64,000 bases of DNA from Candidatus Bathyarchaeota archaeon (GCA_963775465.1 CAVZIW010000011.1:1-64000), one strand, 5' to 3'; counted from the stretch's first letter, positions 1 through 10,769 are shown. A program made the numbers and translations. Notes: a model not told the origin generated them from the sequence alone.

Positions 1-1300
1 AAGAGTAGTCTTTCCTGCTCCAGAGTTGCCGACTATAGCTACAAACTCGCCGTCCTTTATGTCAATGTCCACCCCTCTAACGGCGTACACAGTGGTTTGT
101 CCTAAGGTGTAGTTCTTAACTAGGCTTCTGACTGAGATGATACTTTGAGCAGAGGCGTCTGAAAGCTGGGGAGTTTTTACATTAAAAAGCGTAGACTGGA
201 AAGCAAAGTAGGGGATATCTGCGCTAAAGAAGTCTATCCAAAGCTTTGATAGCTCTGATTCAATGAATAAATTAGAGCTCAATTCAGCCAGGTTTAGCAA
301 AGCAAGTTTGAACTCGTCTTTGGAATTAACGGTTTTTATTCCGTTCTTTGTTTCATCCAGATAATCTTTTAAGTCAATTAGGCATTCTTCAAGTTTTTTT
401 TGAACTTCTGTTACGAGATTTTTGCCTTCATCTATCTTTTGTTTTACTTCTTCAACAACTTTGTGGCATTCGGAATTTGGATTCAATAATGTTGGTTCTG
501 TTAAAGTAATCGTTCACTTTATTAAATAACTTGAATATCGAGAGGATCGCCATTTCTATGTTTTGTAGTGCACTGAGTTTCGCCGATACAATACGGAGGA
601 ACATTTCAAGCTTGTTTTGAGTTTCTTTCTCGCTGCTTTTAAAGTGGGTTCCTTTAAGACCTAACCTCAGTCTTTCTAAAACTCCATTCATATCCTTGAG
701 GCGTTTTAAGGTTGGATCAAGAAATGTTAAGAAGAAATTGAGTAACTCTGCTTTATCGACCATTCCTTCTAAATCTGTTTCCTGTTGGATTTGCAGTAGT
801 TTAAAGGCTTGATTTGGGCAAGCTGATAGATACATTTGGTCTGTATTCTCTTCATTCAAGTTCCAAATTGCAGTAAAACTATTACTTTGGATTTCATAGA
901 ATTTTATTAAAATTTCTGAGAGCTGTTTTCTGAGTTGAGTATTGAATACTTTCTGGAGTTTGGGTTCTATCTCTTTTAGGAATTCCCCTACTATCTGCGA
1001 TGTCTCTTTTAGCTCTCGGCTGTTTTTGAGCCTTTTTTCAAGCTTTGACCTGTTTTTGACATAGTATTTTTGGAGTTGATTTTGTATTTTTTCTTGCGTT
1101 TGCTCAATAGTTTTTGAATCGAGTTTTTTTTGGAGTTGCTTTTCTACTGATAGAAATATGAAGGTGTTGATTTCTTTGTGCTGTATTTTGGATCTGTGGA
1201 TTTTAAGACTTCTCTTCAAAGTCGTGGTTAGGTTTTTGGACAATTTGGAGTTTTCGGAAAGGTCAGATTTGGCCATTAGAGCGGAGTAGTAGGCTTTCAT
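1..1300 (-). CDS. Long helical/coiled-coil domain plus C-terminal LolD/MacB-type ABC ATPase, apparent +1 frameshift near 472, truncated by left window edge
   Basis: ATG at 1300 overlaps the upstream stop (ATGA). The first frame stops at 452. A second frame is open from 513 to 1 and reads ...ISVRSLVKNYTLGQTTVYAVRGVDIDIKDGEFVAIVGNSGAGKTTL (Walker A). Removing one base at 472-473 joins the two frames. Confidence 0.7.
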
Positions 1301-2037
1301 CTTTGGGTCTCCGTGTCTTTTTGGTTGTTTTCTATACCTGAGATTTGGCCATCGCTCATATGGACGATGTAGTCGCATTGTTCTGCAATCCAACGGCTGT
1401 GGGTGACCAAAATTAGGGTCTGCTGGTTGACTCTATTAATTCGGCGGAAAAGATCCATTACATCTGCGCTCGTTGAAGAGTCTAGATCACCAGTTGGTTC
1501 ATCGCCTAAGATGATCGCTGGTTGATTGATTAACGCTCGTGCTATAGCGACTCTTTGTTGTTGCCCACCTGAGAGTTCTCGTGGTAGATGGTAAAGACGG
1601 TCACCCATGCCTAATTCACGCAACATCATCTTTGCTTGTTCTCTTGCTAATCCAGAGTTTAAGCCACGTAGCAGTAGGGGTGTTTCAACGTTTTCAACAG
1701 CACTCAAGAAGGGAAAGAGATTGAAGAGTTGGAATATGAATCCGATTTTATCTCTACGAAATGTGGTTTTCTCACTATCAGATAACTTGGAAGTATCTAC
1801 CTCGTCGATTATTATTTGTCCTGAGGAGCGGCGGTCTAAATTACCTATCATGTTAAGTAGAGTAGTTTTTCCGCATCCTGATGCGCCCATGATTGCCATC
1901 ATATCACTTTTTTTGACTGTCAAGTCTACTCCTCGAAGGGCATGGACTTCGTTTGATTTGCCTTCGTTATATCGCTTATGTAGGTTAGTTATTTTGAGAA
2001 TATCTTTTTGGAATTGTATTGTTCTGTTGTTTTTCAT
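1297..2037 (-). CDS. ABC transporter ATP-binding protein (LolD/MacB family)
   Basis: Walker A GASGCGKT, signature LSGGQQQR, Walker B ILGDEPTG, H-loop VTH. Start at MKNNR overlaps the permease stop (ATGA). Confidence 0.93.
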   Translation of the reverse strand: MKNNRTIQFQKDILKITNLHKRYNEGKSNEVHALRGVDLTVKKSDMMAIMGASGCGKTTLLNMIGNLDRRSSGQIIIDEVDTSKLSDSEKTTFRRDKIGFIFQLFNLFPFLSAVENVETPLLLRGLNSGLAREQAKMMLRELGMGDRLYHLPRELSGGQQQRVAIARALINQPAIILGDEPTGDLDSSTSADVMDLFRRINRVNQQTLILVTHSRWIAEQCDYIVHMSDGQISGIENNQKDTETQR

Positions 2038-5000
2038 CCGACATACCTCAAGGCTTCTGCTGGGGGTATTCTTGATGCCACAAGCGCAGGTATTGAACCT
2101 GAACCGATGGCTATGAAAACGATGATGGAAAGGTACACTCCGATTTGTTGCCATGGAATTACAAGCGCAACATCTTGCATGTTAGCAAACCCTACGCTAA
2201 TCAGCAATCCGTTAATTGTGCCTATGACTAAACCGATTATTCCAAGGACTACCAGTTCAAAGAGAACAGATAGCACAACTTCTCTTCTTGAGAACCCTAT
2301 GGCACGCATCATTCCGATTTCGCGTTTTCTTTCAGAGACGTTACGTACGGAGATTACACCCATGCCTACTGCGCCTATGACCAGGCCAAACGTGACATAT
2401 ATTTGGAGAAAAGAGGCTATTCGATCGGTGTTTTCTAATGTGGTTTCGATGCTTGAGTAAATTAATTTGGTACTTGCAACATAGAAGTCATCTCCAGCGA
2501 GAAGACGATATCCTTGATTGTTTGTGTTTGTGAATTCCTGAATTGCGTGTGTAATATCTTTTAGCTGGGGATCATCGACTGGGAGAGAGGCTTTGACTAA
2601 AAACACATCATATTGGTCGGGTGCACGGGAAGTCGAGGTTTTACCGTTTGCTTCTCCTAGGTAATCTGTTTGATTTGTCCAGTAATTAGAAAGATATACT
2701 GAGCCCAATATCGAACTAAAGTCTCCGTCTCCTGAACCAAAGCTTAGTCCACCGCCCAATGGGAAACCTCCACCTCTTTGTGAATCAAGACTGGCTCCAA
2801 TTGTGAACGCTTGGTAGTTTGGCAATACGGTTGAGGAAGAATTCATAGGTATCCAAATTTGCATTCCAACAGGCAAGATGAAAGAATCCGTAAAAACTAT
2901 GGGGTGCTGAATTATGCTAGTTGTGTTATCTGTAAGCGGTTGGACGCCTGATAGAGGATCTTCGCTGGCTCCGCCAAAGCCCCCTGCTGATCCTAAATCC
3001 AGGCTGGAGAGGTCTCCTTCACCAGAGAACACAGAAAGCAAATCCGATGAGACATTGTAGGCAGCCATTTCATATGAGGGGTTGAAGAGTAGATCCCACG
3101 ACTTCTTGGACAATTCTTGCGCTTGACTATCTGACATATCGGAAACTACAGATTCCCGAACGCCATCTGGGAAAGTTGAGATGTAGGCGGGATAACGCCA
3201 ATCACTATCTAAGTAGGTTGAGGCATTTCCTCGAATCTGTTCTGGCTTAAATTCACTAATGCCGATCGGAAGCAAATCCGTTTTATAGTCAAAAGCATCA
3301 GACTGCGGGTTTGTTAGGGAAACGAACTTTGTAAAATCCGTCCCTGGCTTAAAAGTTTTGAACCCTATGACATCTGTTATTCGATTATCAAGTTTGTATA
3401 GTTCTTGGGTGTAGTTTGTTCCAGGTATGATTGCCTCTGGCTTGCTCAAAAACACTGTGAAGTCTACCCCGTTTGAATCCTTCTCGATCTGTGTGGCTGT
3501 TCCTAAACTCGTTGGGATAAGAGCTGCTACTAGAACGTTCAAGGTCAAGATGATTGCAAATATGGCAAAAGTCAGCGTTGAACGGGTAATATGTGAAGAT
3601 ATGAGTGCGGGTGAGAATTGCCCCGTGCCTTTTGCACCCCGAATTTTAATCAGTATTGTTCGAAGTCCCCGCATCAGGATCGATAGGTTGAGGGCAACAA
3701 ATAGGACAGAGCCGATTATTATTTCGACAATACCCAAAATCAAAATGTCAATAGATAGACCTGCGATACCTTTTATCCAGTTTCCCATGGCGTAGATGAA
3801 TAGAAATGAGGGGAATGCCCAAAGTGTTATAGCTGTAATGTTGAAGGCTTTGACGCGATCGATGAAACGCGATAGGATAAAACCAAAGCCGCCCGTTAGA
3901 AAGCCAAATCCTATCAGGAGGTTTCTCCACTCCTCTATGCTGTCCCATCCTTGGCTGCTCCAGATCACTTGCGTTTGTTTGTCAAGTACTCCGTTGTATA
4001 GTAGAACAAATATTCCTAAAACTGTCATCAAGACGCCTAGTGCTACCAAGTTTCTGCTTGATTTGGATTGGAACTTGATTTGTATTCCTCGCAGAGCCTC
4101 CACTATTTTCACCCGAGAAGCTCTTAAGGCTGGAAGAATCCCGGTTACGATGCTCAGCACTACACCGATTGTGACTGATAGGATGATTGTTGTTTCGGAG
4201 ATGACTGGTTGGACGCTGAGTTGACCCGTTCCAAATAAGCTCACAAGATATGCTGCTACGGTTTGCCCGAAAGCCAATCCGCCTAAGAGTCCTATGAGGC
4301 CTCCTATTACTCCTTGAAATAGGTTTTCGATCATTATGGAGTAGAAAATTCCTCTTCGATTTTCACCGACGGCTCGCATTACTCCTGTTTGGAATTCTCT
4401 ATCCTCCACACTCATAAGTTGAATGTTGGTGATTAGCAGCACACCCGTTAGCATAATGAGAAAACCCAACGCGGTTAGCATCGTGCTCAATAGAGTAATG
4501 AAAAATGAGGCAAGGTCAAAGAAGTTAAGTCGAGCAGAGCTGATTTGATAGATATCGATTGGTTCACCGGTGGCAAAATCTATCTCTCGGGGGATTGTAG
4601 CGTTAAGATGATCTACTTTGGTTTGCAGGTAGTTTTGATCGATTTCTTTAACAAAATGGTCTGCTTTGTAGGCGATTGAAAAAGCGCTGATGATATCTGT
4701 CTGCTGGTTTTGGTCTTTTAGACTAAGCCAATCCTGGAGGTATTCTAATCTGAATACTGCTCCTGAATATTGTGATCCTATCCCAGGGCGGTTAGAATCA
4801 TATACGCCTACTACTTGCAGATCTACTCTTGATATCTCAGAAGAATATTTCACCAGGGGTAGACGTTCAGAGCCGGTTTGGGTGGATGTTTCAAAGGCTA
4901 TTTCGGTTATGTCGAGGTTTGCGTTGGTTCCATTGAGGCTTAGAGCTGTTAGGAAGCTTGTTCCGCTCAGGGTTCTATTTGCGTAGGGTGTTAGATCAAA

Positions 5001-5843
5001 GGATAGGGAGTTTAAGGTTGATGGATCGGTTAGGTTTGCTACAGTGATGGTGGTGCCGTCGTCTAAAAGAAAGCCTAGTATTAAGGCTGCGTTTGGGGAG
5101 CCTGTGGCTGTTATGTTAACGTAGGAGTAGTTGGTTAGATTTAGATTTGGGCATTCAGTGGTGTATGTCATAACAATGCCTTGAAAATCGACAGGTTGTA
5201 CTTCTAAGGATAGGTTGGTATCATTGCTGTATAGTACGTAGTCTGCAGTAGTGAGGTTTGTGTTTATTGTCCAATTAACTAATGGAACAGTCGGGGGTAT
5301 GAGTGTTTTAGTTAGATTTGTGAATTCAGTGGTTAATTTCACAGGAAACGATGCATCTTTATTTATTCCTAATTTTTCGGCTTGATTACTTGATAATAAG
5401 ATACTTGAATTGTCAGCTAGAAGGTTATCTAAGTCCAGTTTATTTTCTGTTTTCCAATCGTAGAAACTGCCAAAAACCTCGGAGTAATCTACTGGTACTC
5501 CAGCCGCATCCATCTTCGGGTCGAAATTGCTTTCGACTAACGCTGGAATCTGAGCCGTAAGTTCCGGCATGATTCCTACAGCATCAGGAGCAAGATTAGA
5601 TATCAAGATCTGATCTTCAATTCTGAGGTAGCCGCCCAAAGTGGCGTTTGATATTTGGACATCTACTTCACCTTGACTTTGAGAAAGACCTGCCAAAAAA
5701 GCGTTATCAAGCGTAGCCGTCGTAATTTGGATACCTACAAGTAAAGTTACACCTAAAGCTACAGCAAGGATCGCGCTGAGGTTCTTGCTTTTCCTTCTGG
5801 ATAACGATCGCCATGCAATCAAAAAACTAGATTTTAACCCCAT
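2034..5843 (-). CDS. FtsX/MacB-family ABC permease with two permease repeats and large extracellular loops
   Basis: Two FtsX-type segments (EDREFQTGVMRAVG; ERKREIGMMRAIG), C-terminal ASRIPPAEALRY, many TM helices and N-x-S/T sequons. Confidence 0.9.
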   Translation of the reverse strand: MGLKSSFLIAWRSLSRRKSKNLSAILAVALGVTLLVGIQITTATLDNAFLAGLSQSQGEVDVQISNATLGGYLRIEDQILISNLAPDAVGIMPELTAQIPALVESNFDPKMDAAGVPVDYSEVFGSFYDWKTENKLDLDNLLADNSSILLSSNQAEKLGINKDASFPVKLTTEFTNLTKTLIPPTVPLVNWTINTNLTTADYVLYSNDTNLSLEVQPVDFQGIVMTYTTECPNLNLTNYSYVNITATGSPNAALILGFLLDDGTTITVANLTDPSTLNSLSFDLTPYANRTLSGTSFLTALSLNGTNANLDITEIAFETSTQTGSERLPLVKYSSEISRVDLQVVGVYDSNRPGIGSQYSGAVFRLEYLQDWLSLKDQNQQTDIISAFSIAYKADHFVKEIDQNYLQTKVDHLNATIPREIDFATGEPIDIYQISSARLNFFDLASFFITLLSTMLTALGFLIMLTGVLLITNIQLMSVEDREFQTGVMRAVGENRRGIFYSIMIENLFQGVIGGLIGLLGGLAFGQTVAAYLVSLFGTGQLSVQPVISETTIILSVTIGVVLSIVTGILPALRASRVKIVEALRGIQIKFQSKSSRNLVALGVLMTVLGIFVLLYNGVLDKQTQVIWSSQGWDSIEEWRNLLIGFGFLTGGFGFILSRFIDRVKAFNITAITLWAFPSFLFIYAMGNWIKGIAGLSIDILILGIVEIIIGSVLFVALNLSILMRGLRTILIKIRGAKGTGQFSPALISSHITRSTLTFAIFAIILTLNVLVAALIPTSLGTATQIEKDSNGVDFTVFLSKPEAIIPGTNYTQELYKLDNRITDVIGFKTFKPGTDFTKFVSLTNPQSDAFDYKTDLLPIGISEFKPEQIRGNASTYLDSDWRYPAYISTFPDGVRESVVSDMSDSQAQELSKKSWDLLFNPSYEMAAYNVSSDLLSVFSGEGDLSSLDLGSAGGFGGASEDPLSGVQPLTDNTTSIIQHPIVFTDSFILPVGMQIWIPMNSSSTVLPNYQAFTIGASLDSQRGGGFPLGGGLSFGSGDGDFSSILGSVYLSNYWTNQTDYLGEANGKTSTSRAPDQYDVFLVKASLPVDDPQLKDITHAIQEFTNTNNQGYRLLAGDDFYVASTKLIYSSIETTLENTDRIASFLQIYVTFGLVIGAVGMGVISVRNVSERKREIGMMRAIGFSRREVVLSVLFELVVLGIIGLVIGTINGLLISVGFANMQDVALVIPWQQIGVYLSIIVFIAIGSGSIPALVASRIPPAEALRYVG

Positions 5844-5861
5844 ACAAAACACCACTTCCTA

Positions 5862-6425
5862 TTAAGAAATCGAATCACGATTTGCTGCATCGATTTGTTC
5901 AATAATTTTTCTAAGCTCCATATTGGAATCATCCAAGATTCTTACTATCTTTGCGATATTTTCCTTTGTCAGAGCCTCTTTCTTAGCGTCCAATTCTATA
6001 AACGTCTGCAAGAATCTTTTCGCCGATTCTTTGGCACTGAGCAAGTTTTCTTCGTTTTTGCCAAAATAGAACCCTCCAATGAACATCGGTACAAGGTACT
6101 CCATCTTTTCCATAAATTTTCGTCCAAGCATCAACTGTTCCTGGAAAAATTCTTTCCCACCATCTGTAAGAGAATAATGCTTCATTCCACTTTCAAAAGC
6201 TGATGATTCGTGTATGAAGCCATTTTCTCTGAGTCCAGCCAGAAGTGGGTAGATTGATCCGGGACTTGGTTTCCACTTTCCGCCCGTTTCATTTTCAACT
6301 TTGTTCACAATTTCTGCACCGGACATTGGCATCTCCGATAAGAATTTCAAGACTATAAAGCGCAGAAGACCTCGAGGAACCCCTTCAGCTTGTTTCATTA
6401 GCATATCACTTGCGATATCGCTCAT
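5862..6425 (-). CDS. PadR-family transcriptional regulator
   Basis: WKPSPGSIYPLLAGL motif and YSLTDGG wing; first gene of the ABC operon. Confidence 0.9.
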   Translation of the reverse strand: MSDIASDMLMKQAEGVPRGLLRFIVLKFLSEMPMSGAEIVNKVENETGGKWKPSPGSIYPLLAGLRENGFIHESSAFESGMKHYSLTDGGKEFFQEQLMLGRKFMEKMEYLVPMFIGGFYFGKNEENLLSAKESAKRFLQTFIELDAKKEALTKENIAKIVRILDDSNMELRKIIEQIDAANRDSIS

Positions 6426-6672
6426 AAAATCAGTAGGGTAATATATAACCGTTATTTATGCAAAATATAGATCCAAAACAAACGTGAAACCCGTCATTTT
6501 CATTGTCCTCAATCATAATTGCTCCTGAGTTCTTGTTTTTTATTTGATTTTTACAATACTGTTGGAATACGTAGTAGAATCCTCCACCAGCCCATAACAC
6601 AAAAGCTCCAAAGTCATCTTCCCCATTTTTCGATGAAATCAGCACATACCACAAAATAGGCATTTAAAAAAG

Positions 6673-7158
6673 CTATTTCGAAAATCTGCCGTCATCTTTT
6701 ATGATTTCAAGATTCCCTATTTTGCCTCTAAGCCAACCTATTTTGTTTGTATTTCTGCAGTCAAAGTCTGGAACAAAGGGCTTGATGTCTAGGAGAGGAG
6801 TTCCGTCAATTATATCCACATCTTGAATTTGCAAGACGTTGTTTTTGATTCCTATTAGCCTCACCACGGATAAGCCTATTTTGTTTGGCCTAGCGGGTGA
6901 GCGTGTGGCGAATACTCCACGAAGGTTATTATCAAGAAAGGGCTTAACAAGCAAAGAACAACCCTTGATTAAATGAAAATGGTAGAGCAAAATAAGATGA
7001 GAAAAACCCTCTACATCTTGTAATCCTTCTGCATATTCAGGGTAAATTTCTAGTGTTCCCGAGGTGGATTTTGATGCTGCTGCTTGTATGGGAACATTTT
7101 TTGGCTCTTTAAACGGCGAATGCACTACGCCAATAGATTTGTAAGTTAATGAGCTCAA
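6673..7158 (-). CDS. tsaA: tRNA (N6-threonylcarbamoyladenosine37-N6)-methyltransferase TrmO/TsaA
   Basis: GVFATRSPARPNKIGLS and DGTPLLDIKPF signatures. Confidence 0.93.
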   Translation of the reverse strand: MSSLTYKSIGVVHSPFKEPKNVPIQAAASKSTSGTLEIYPEYAEGLQDVEGFSHLILLYHFHLIKGCSLLVKPFLDNNLRGVFATRSPARPNKIGLSVVRLIGIKNNVLQIQDVDIIDGTPLLDIKPFVPDFDCRNTNKIGWLRGKIGNLEIIKDDGRFSK

Positions 7159-7432
7159 TTACATCTGCTCCATCGAATAGGAATAGAAAGTTCAGCACAC
7201 AATTAAACATAATTTAAACTCTTAATAGAAAACACGCATGCTAATCGCAGTATTATTTAACCATTCTATCGAAAACTTATGCGGGGGTAACCCTTCCTGA
7301 TTAATGAATTCGCCATTTTCTTTAATTCATTGATTTCCAAAAAACGAAAAACTCAAAATATAATTAATCATAATGAAAGCGTAGATAGCAAACGTCGTGT
7401 AAAACAAGTAAAAAAAGACTCGGCGGAATGTA

Positions 7433-7870
7433 TCAGGACTTTTTCTTTTGATCCATTGCTCTTTTTGCCAGCACTACAGCTTCTTCCCTTGTTTTCCCAA
7501 ATAGTGCACCAATCTTGTCTGCGTCTGCTTTTTCAACTGCTGCACCCCCAATTATAACTACAACTTTATCTTTTAGACCTTCAAGTTCTAGTGCAGAAAA
7601 TAGCTTGGGTAGATTCTCCTTAGCTGCGCTGAGTAAAACTGAAACTACAATGATGTCGGCCTTTGCTTCTTTAGCTTTGGATGCAAAAACTGTTGGAGAA
7701 ACTCCTTTCCCAACATCAATAGTTTTGAATTGTGCAAGTTTAAGAGATTTTCTGACCATATGTTTAGCTGTATCCATAACATCTGGGTGTAGAGAACCTA
7801 TCACGACAATTCCAATTGGATTATTGGGTTCAGGTGGCTCTTTCTCCCTCATAGCTTTCAACCAAGACAT
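7433..7870 (-). CDS. Stand-alone cobalamin (B12)-binding domain protein with atypical ligand motif
   Basis: VVIGSLHPDVMDTAKHMV ... IDVGKGV ... ADIIVVSVLL ... VIIGGAAV follows the Rossmann B12-binding pattern, but DxHxxG reads DVMDTA. Confidence 0.8.
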   Translation of the reverse strand: MSWLKAMREKEPPEPNNPIGIVVIGSLHPDVMDTAKHMVRKSLKLAQFKTIDVGKGVSPTVFASKAKEAKADIIVVSVLLSAAKENLPKLFSALELEGLKDKVVVIIGGAAVEKADADKIGALFGKTREEAVVLAKRAMDQKKKS

Positions 7871-8045
7871 TTCAAAAATAACTCCTGTTTCCTTCTTAGT
7901 CTATTGTTAGAGATTCATTTTAAATTTGTTGCTATTGCCTTTATTTACGATAAAAATAGCACTTCAAAGACTCCGGGCATTTTTTAACCTATTAAAAATT
8001 ATTAGTGGAGTATTTGTTTTCGGGACACACGTAATTGGCATAGTT

Positions 8046-9680
8046 TTAGGTAGCAACGCCATTAACGTAATCAAGAATTGCCTTTAACTCCTCATCGGGG
8101 TTTCCTAATGGTTTTATATTGAACTTTTCCAGAATTTTTGGAGTAAAGAATGCTGGAAAACTTGGTCCTAAGCGAATGTTCTTTATATCTAAATAGAAAA
8201 GTGACAGAAGAATAGCTATGGCTTTTTGTTCATACCATGAAAGAATGAAAAACAATGGTAAATCACTTATCTCACTCTCAAAGACCTCTCCGAAGGCTTG
8301 AGCAACTCTAATAGCTGCGTAGGCATCGTTACACTGTCCTACATCCATCAATCTAGGGATACCGTCGATTTTACCTAAATCCTTGTCGAAAAATCTGAAT
8401 TTTCCGCAAGCCAAAGTCAGCACAAGAGAATCATTGGGAGTCTTCTCAACAAACTCAGTGTAATAATTACGACCGGGTTTAGCTCCATCACAGCCGGCTA
8501 CAAGGAAGAAGGAATTGACATGACCTTTCATTACTGCCTCAACAATAGTGTTCACCATTGAAAGAAAAGTTGTTCTACCAAAACCTACGGTCACTGTTTT
8601 GGCTTTCTCGTCTTGGCTGAACCCAGGCATCTCTAATGCTTTTTCTATAACAGGTGAGAAATCTTTGTTTTCAACGTAAACTGCACCTGGCCAAGCAACT
8701 GGTCCAGTTGTGAATATATTTGCTTTGTAGCTTTCTGCGGGTTTTTGAATGCAGTTTGTCGTCATTAGAATTGCCCCTGGAAAAGAAGCAAACTCGCGAG
8801 TTTGATTTTGCCATGCAGTTCCATAGTGCCCATAGAAGTGTGGGTACTTTTTCAACTTTGGATAGCCATGTGCCGGCAACATCTCGCCGTGAGTGTATAC
8901 GTTGATGCCTTTGCCTTCAGTCAACCTTAGGATTGCCGCTAAATCAATGAGGTCATGACCGGAAACGAGGATAGCTTTACCTTTCCTATGTCCGAGTGGA
9001 ACTTGGGTAGGAACTGGATCGCCAAAAGCTTCTGTATTTCCCGCATCTAGGAGATCCATTGCTTTGATATTGATTTTTCCACATTTCAAAGCAAGATCAA
9101 AGAAATTATCAACACTTAACGAACTGTCCAGGGTTGCTGCGAAGCCTTGCTGAATGAAATCGAATACAACATCATCTTTTTTTCCAAAATGATAAGCATG
9201 ATAAGTGTAAGCCGCTACTCCTTTTAACCCATAGATTAGAAGCCATTTCATACTGTTCAACTCGGGGTCGATTGAGGGGTCAGCCTTGATCCCGACCTGT
9301 TTTCCTTGTCTAATCATTCCTTCTTTAGTATTTTCGAGTAACATATCAACTGGACCTTGAAATCCGATATATCCCCCAGCTGATTTTACTTTTTTACGGA
9401 GGACATCGCGGAACTTTACTGCCTTTCGAATGTAATCTATTAATTTGTCTTCATCAAAGTTTACATTTGTTAAGGTAACGAAAGCTGCTTCGCAAATGAA
9501 CACATTCAGCTGCTCATCTTTGATGTTTACCTTTTTTCCCTCCAACGATAATTGGGATAATCCTCTGAGTAGGTAAATCAACAAGTCTTGAAGCGAACTT
9601 ACATCAGGATTTTTCCCGCAAGCACCAAAAGTTGTACAGCCCTTTCCCTGCGCAGTCTGCTCGCACTGAAAACAGAACAT
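8046..9680 (-). CDS. hcp: Hybrid cluster protein (hydroxylamine/NO reductase)
   Basis: MFCFQCEQT...GCT..GAC N-terminal cluster motif; hybrid-cluster ligand motifs SGHD, HGE, TNC, GCDG, LACG, GQCND, WYEQKA. Confidence 0.97.
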   Translation of the reverse strand: MFCFQCEQTAQGKGCTTFGACGKNPDVSSLQDLLIYLLRGLSQLSLEGKKVNIKDEQLNVFICEAAFVTLTNVNFDEDKLIDYIRKAVKFRDVLRKKVKSAGGYIGFQGPVDMLLENTKEGMIRQGKQVGIKADPSIDPELNSMKWLLIYGLKGVAAYTYHAYHFGKKDDVVFDFIQQGFAATLDSSLSVDNFFDLALKCGKINIKAMDLLDAGNTEAFGDPVPTQVPLGHRKGKAILVSGHDLIDLAAILRLTEGKGINVYTHGEMLPAHGYPKLKKYPHFYGHYGTAWQNQTREFASFPGAILMTTNCIQKPAESYKANIFTTGPVAWPGAVYVENKDFSPVIEKALEMPGFSQDEKAKTVTVGFGRTTFLSMVNTIVEAVMKGHVNSFFLVAGCDGAKPGRNYYTEFVEKTPNDSLVLTLACGKFRFFDKDLGKIDGIPRLMDVGQCNDAYAAIRVAQAFGEVFESEISDLPLFFILSWYEQKAIAILLSLFYLDIKNIRLGPSFPAFFTPKILEKFNIKPLGNPDEELKAILDYVNGVAT

Positions 9681-9954
9681 TTGATTCACAATAATGCACC
9701 TACTCATTCACTTTACTATCTTATCGTAAATAGGTTTCGCAGATAATCTAAGCCAGGAATTTTTCATTGAAGTCTAAGGAAGAGAAAATAAGGAGAGAGC
9801 AGTTAGAAGCCAGGTCAAATCGATTGCGGCAGTCAATCTTGATTGTTACTTTTAATGTACATATTTTTTTAGAACATTTGTTCAATTGATTTGCATTGAC
9901 TTATCCAGAAATCCAGTCGACTAAATTGTAGATATTTGCAGCATAGTTGTTTGA

Positions 9955-10176
9955 TTATTTTTTTAATTGTGAGCTAACTATTATGACATAGCCTTTTTCT
10001 GTGAGCCAGTGGTGAAACTGCCATGTGGTATAAAGGCAAGCTGCGCTGCATTTTTTCCTTGTTTTCTCGTATTCTGGAGAACCATCCATTTGCGCATTTA
10101 ATTCAAGTTGGATTGGGCATTTGACATCTTTGCAGAATTCTCTGCGTTTATATTCAACATAACCTTTAGGAACCAT
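9955..10176 (-). CDS. Small Cys-rich hypothetical protein (possible metal binder)
   Basis: 73 aa, ATG start, CKDVKC...CSAAC and HH. Confidence 0.65.
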   Translation of the reverse strand: MVPKGYVEYKRREFCKDVKCPIQLELNAQMDGSPEYEKTRKKCSAACLYTTWQFHHWLTEKGYVIIVSSQLKK

Positions 10177-10223
10177 CTTGTATCAGGCTTACTTTGATCT
10201 AGGCTTTTTATAAGCATTACCGA

Positions 10224-10769
10224 TTAACCCACTACCAGTTTTTCCCAAAGGTTGCTCCGATTCTTAATAAGTAACAAAAAGAAAAGCAGCAACATAACAC
10301 CATGAACGATGAGTGAAGCTGTGCCTTGTCCTCCTAAAAGGGGAACGATAGGACTGGGAGTCTGGAATAGAGTAAGAAAAGGCCAAAAAAGGGGATTATA
10401 GGGATGATTGAAAATATCCAACAAGACATGTGAGAGCACTCCAAGCAAAGCCGAAAAGACCAGCATAAACGATAAAGTGCATTTCTCTCTAACTCTCGTC
10501 TTATCGATAGGCAAAAATGCGCTTACCAACCACGGATAGACAAGAACCGTAAACACTACCGCAATAAGTGTTCCTAATGTTAAGCCGCCGACTAAGCTGT
10601 GAAGCACCATCCTATCCTGTCCCCAAGTTCCACTCCACAAATAGATGAAGGGGACTTCAAGATCAGGTACAAGCGAACCAACGATCAGTGCAGGAAGACT
10701 CAAACGTGCTTTCGCGTCAAGCGTTTGAATAATTTTTGCTAGGGGATAATGAAGAGGAGTTACAGGCAA
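10224..10769 (-). CDS. DUF4184-like membrane-bound metal-dependent hydrolase family protein
   Basis: MPxTPLH, GSLVPD, HS and SHVLLD motifs with TM helices. Confidence 0.75.
   Translation of the reverse strand: MPVTPLHYPLAKIIQTLDAKARLSLPALIVGSLVPDLEVPFIYLWSGTWGQDRMVLHSLVGGLTLGTLIAVVFTVLVYPWLVSAFLPIDKTRVREKCTLSFMLVFSALLGVLSHVLLDIFNHPYNPLFWPFLTLFQTPSPIVPLLGGQGTASLIVHGVMLLLFFLLLIKNRSNLWEKLVVG

Noticed and set aside
452-475. Programmed +1 frameshift or Sec/Pyl read-through at split genes
   Set aside because: The downstream parts are in a different frame, so read-through cannot explain them, and no known slippery motif or SECIS-like hairpin is evident.
6430-6663. 77 aa ORF between tsaA and padR
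   Set aside because: It occupies the probable padR promoter region and has no recognisable motif; it may be spurious or a decayed fragment.
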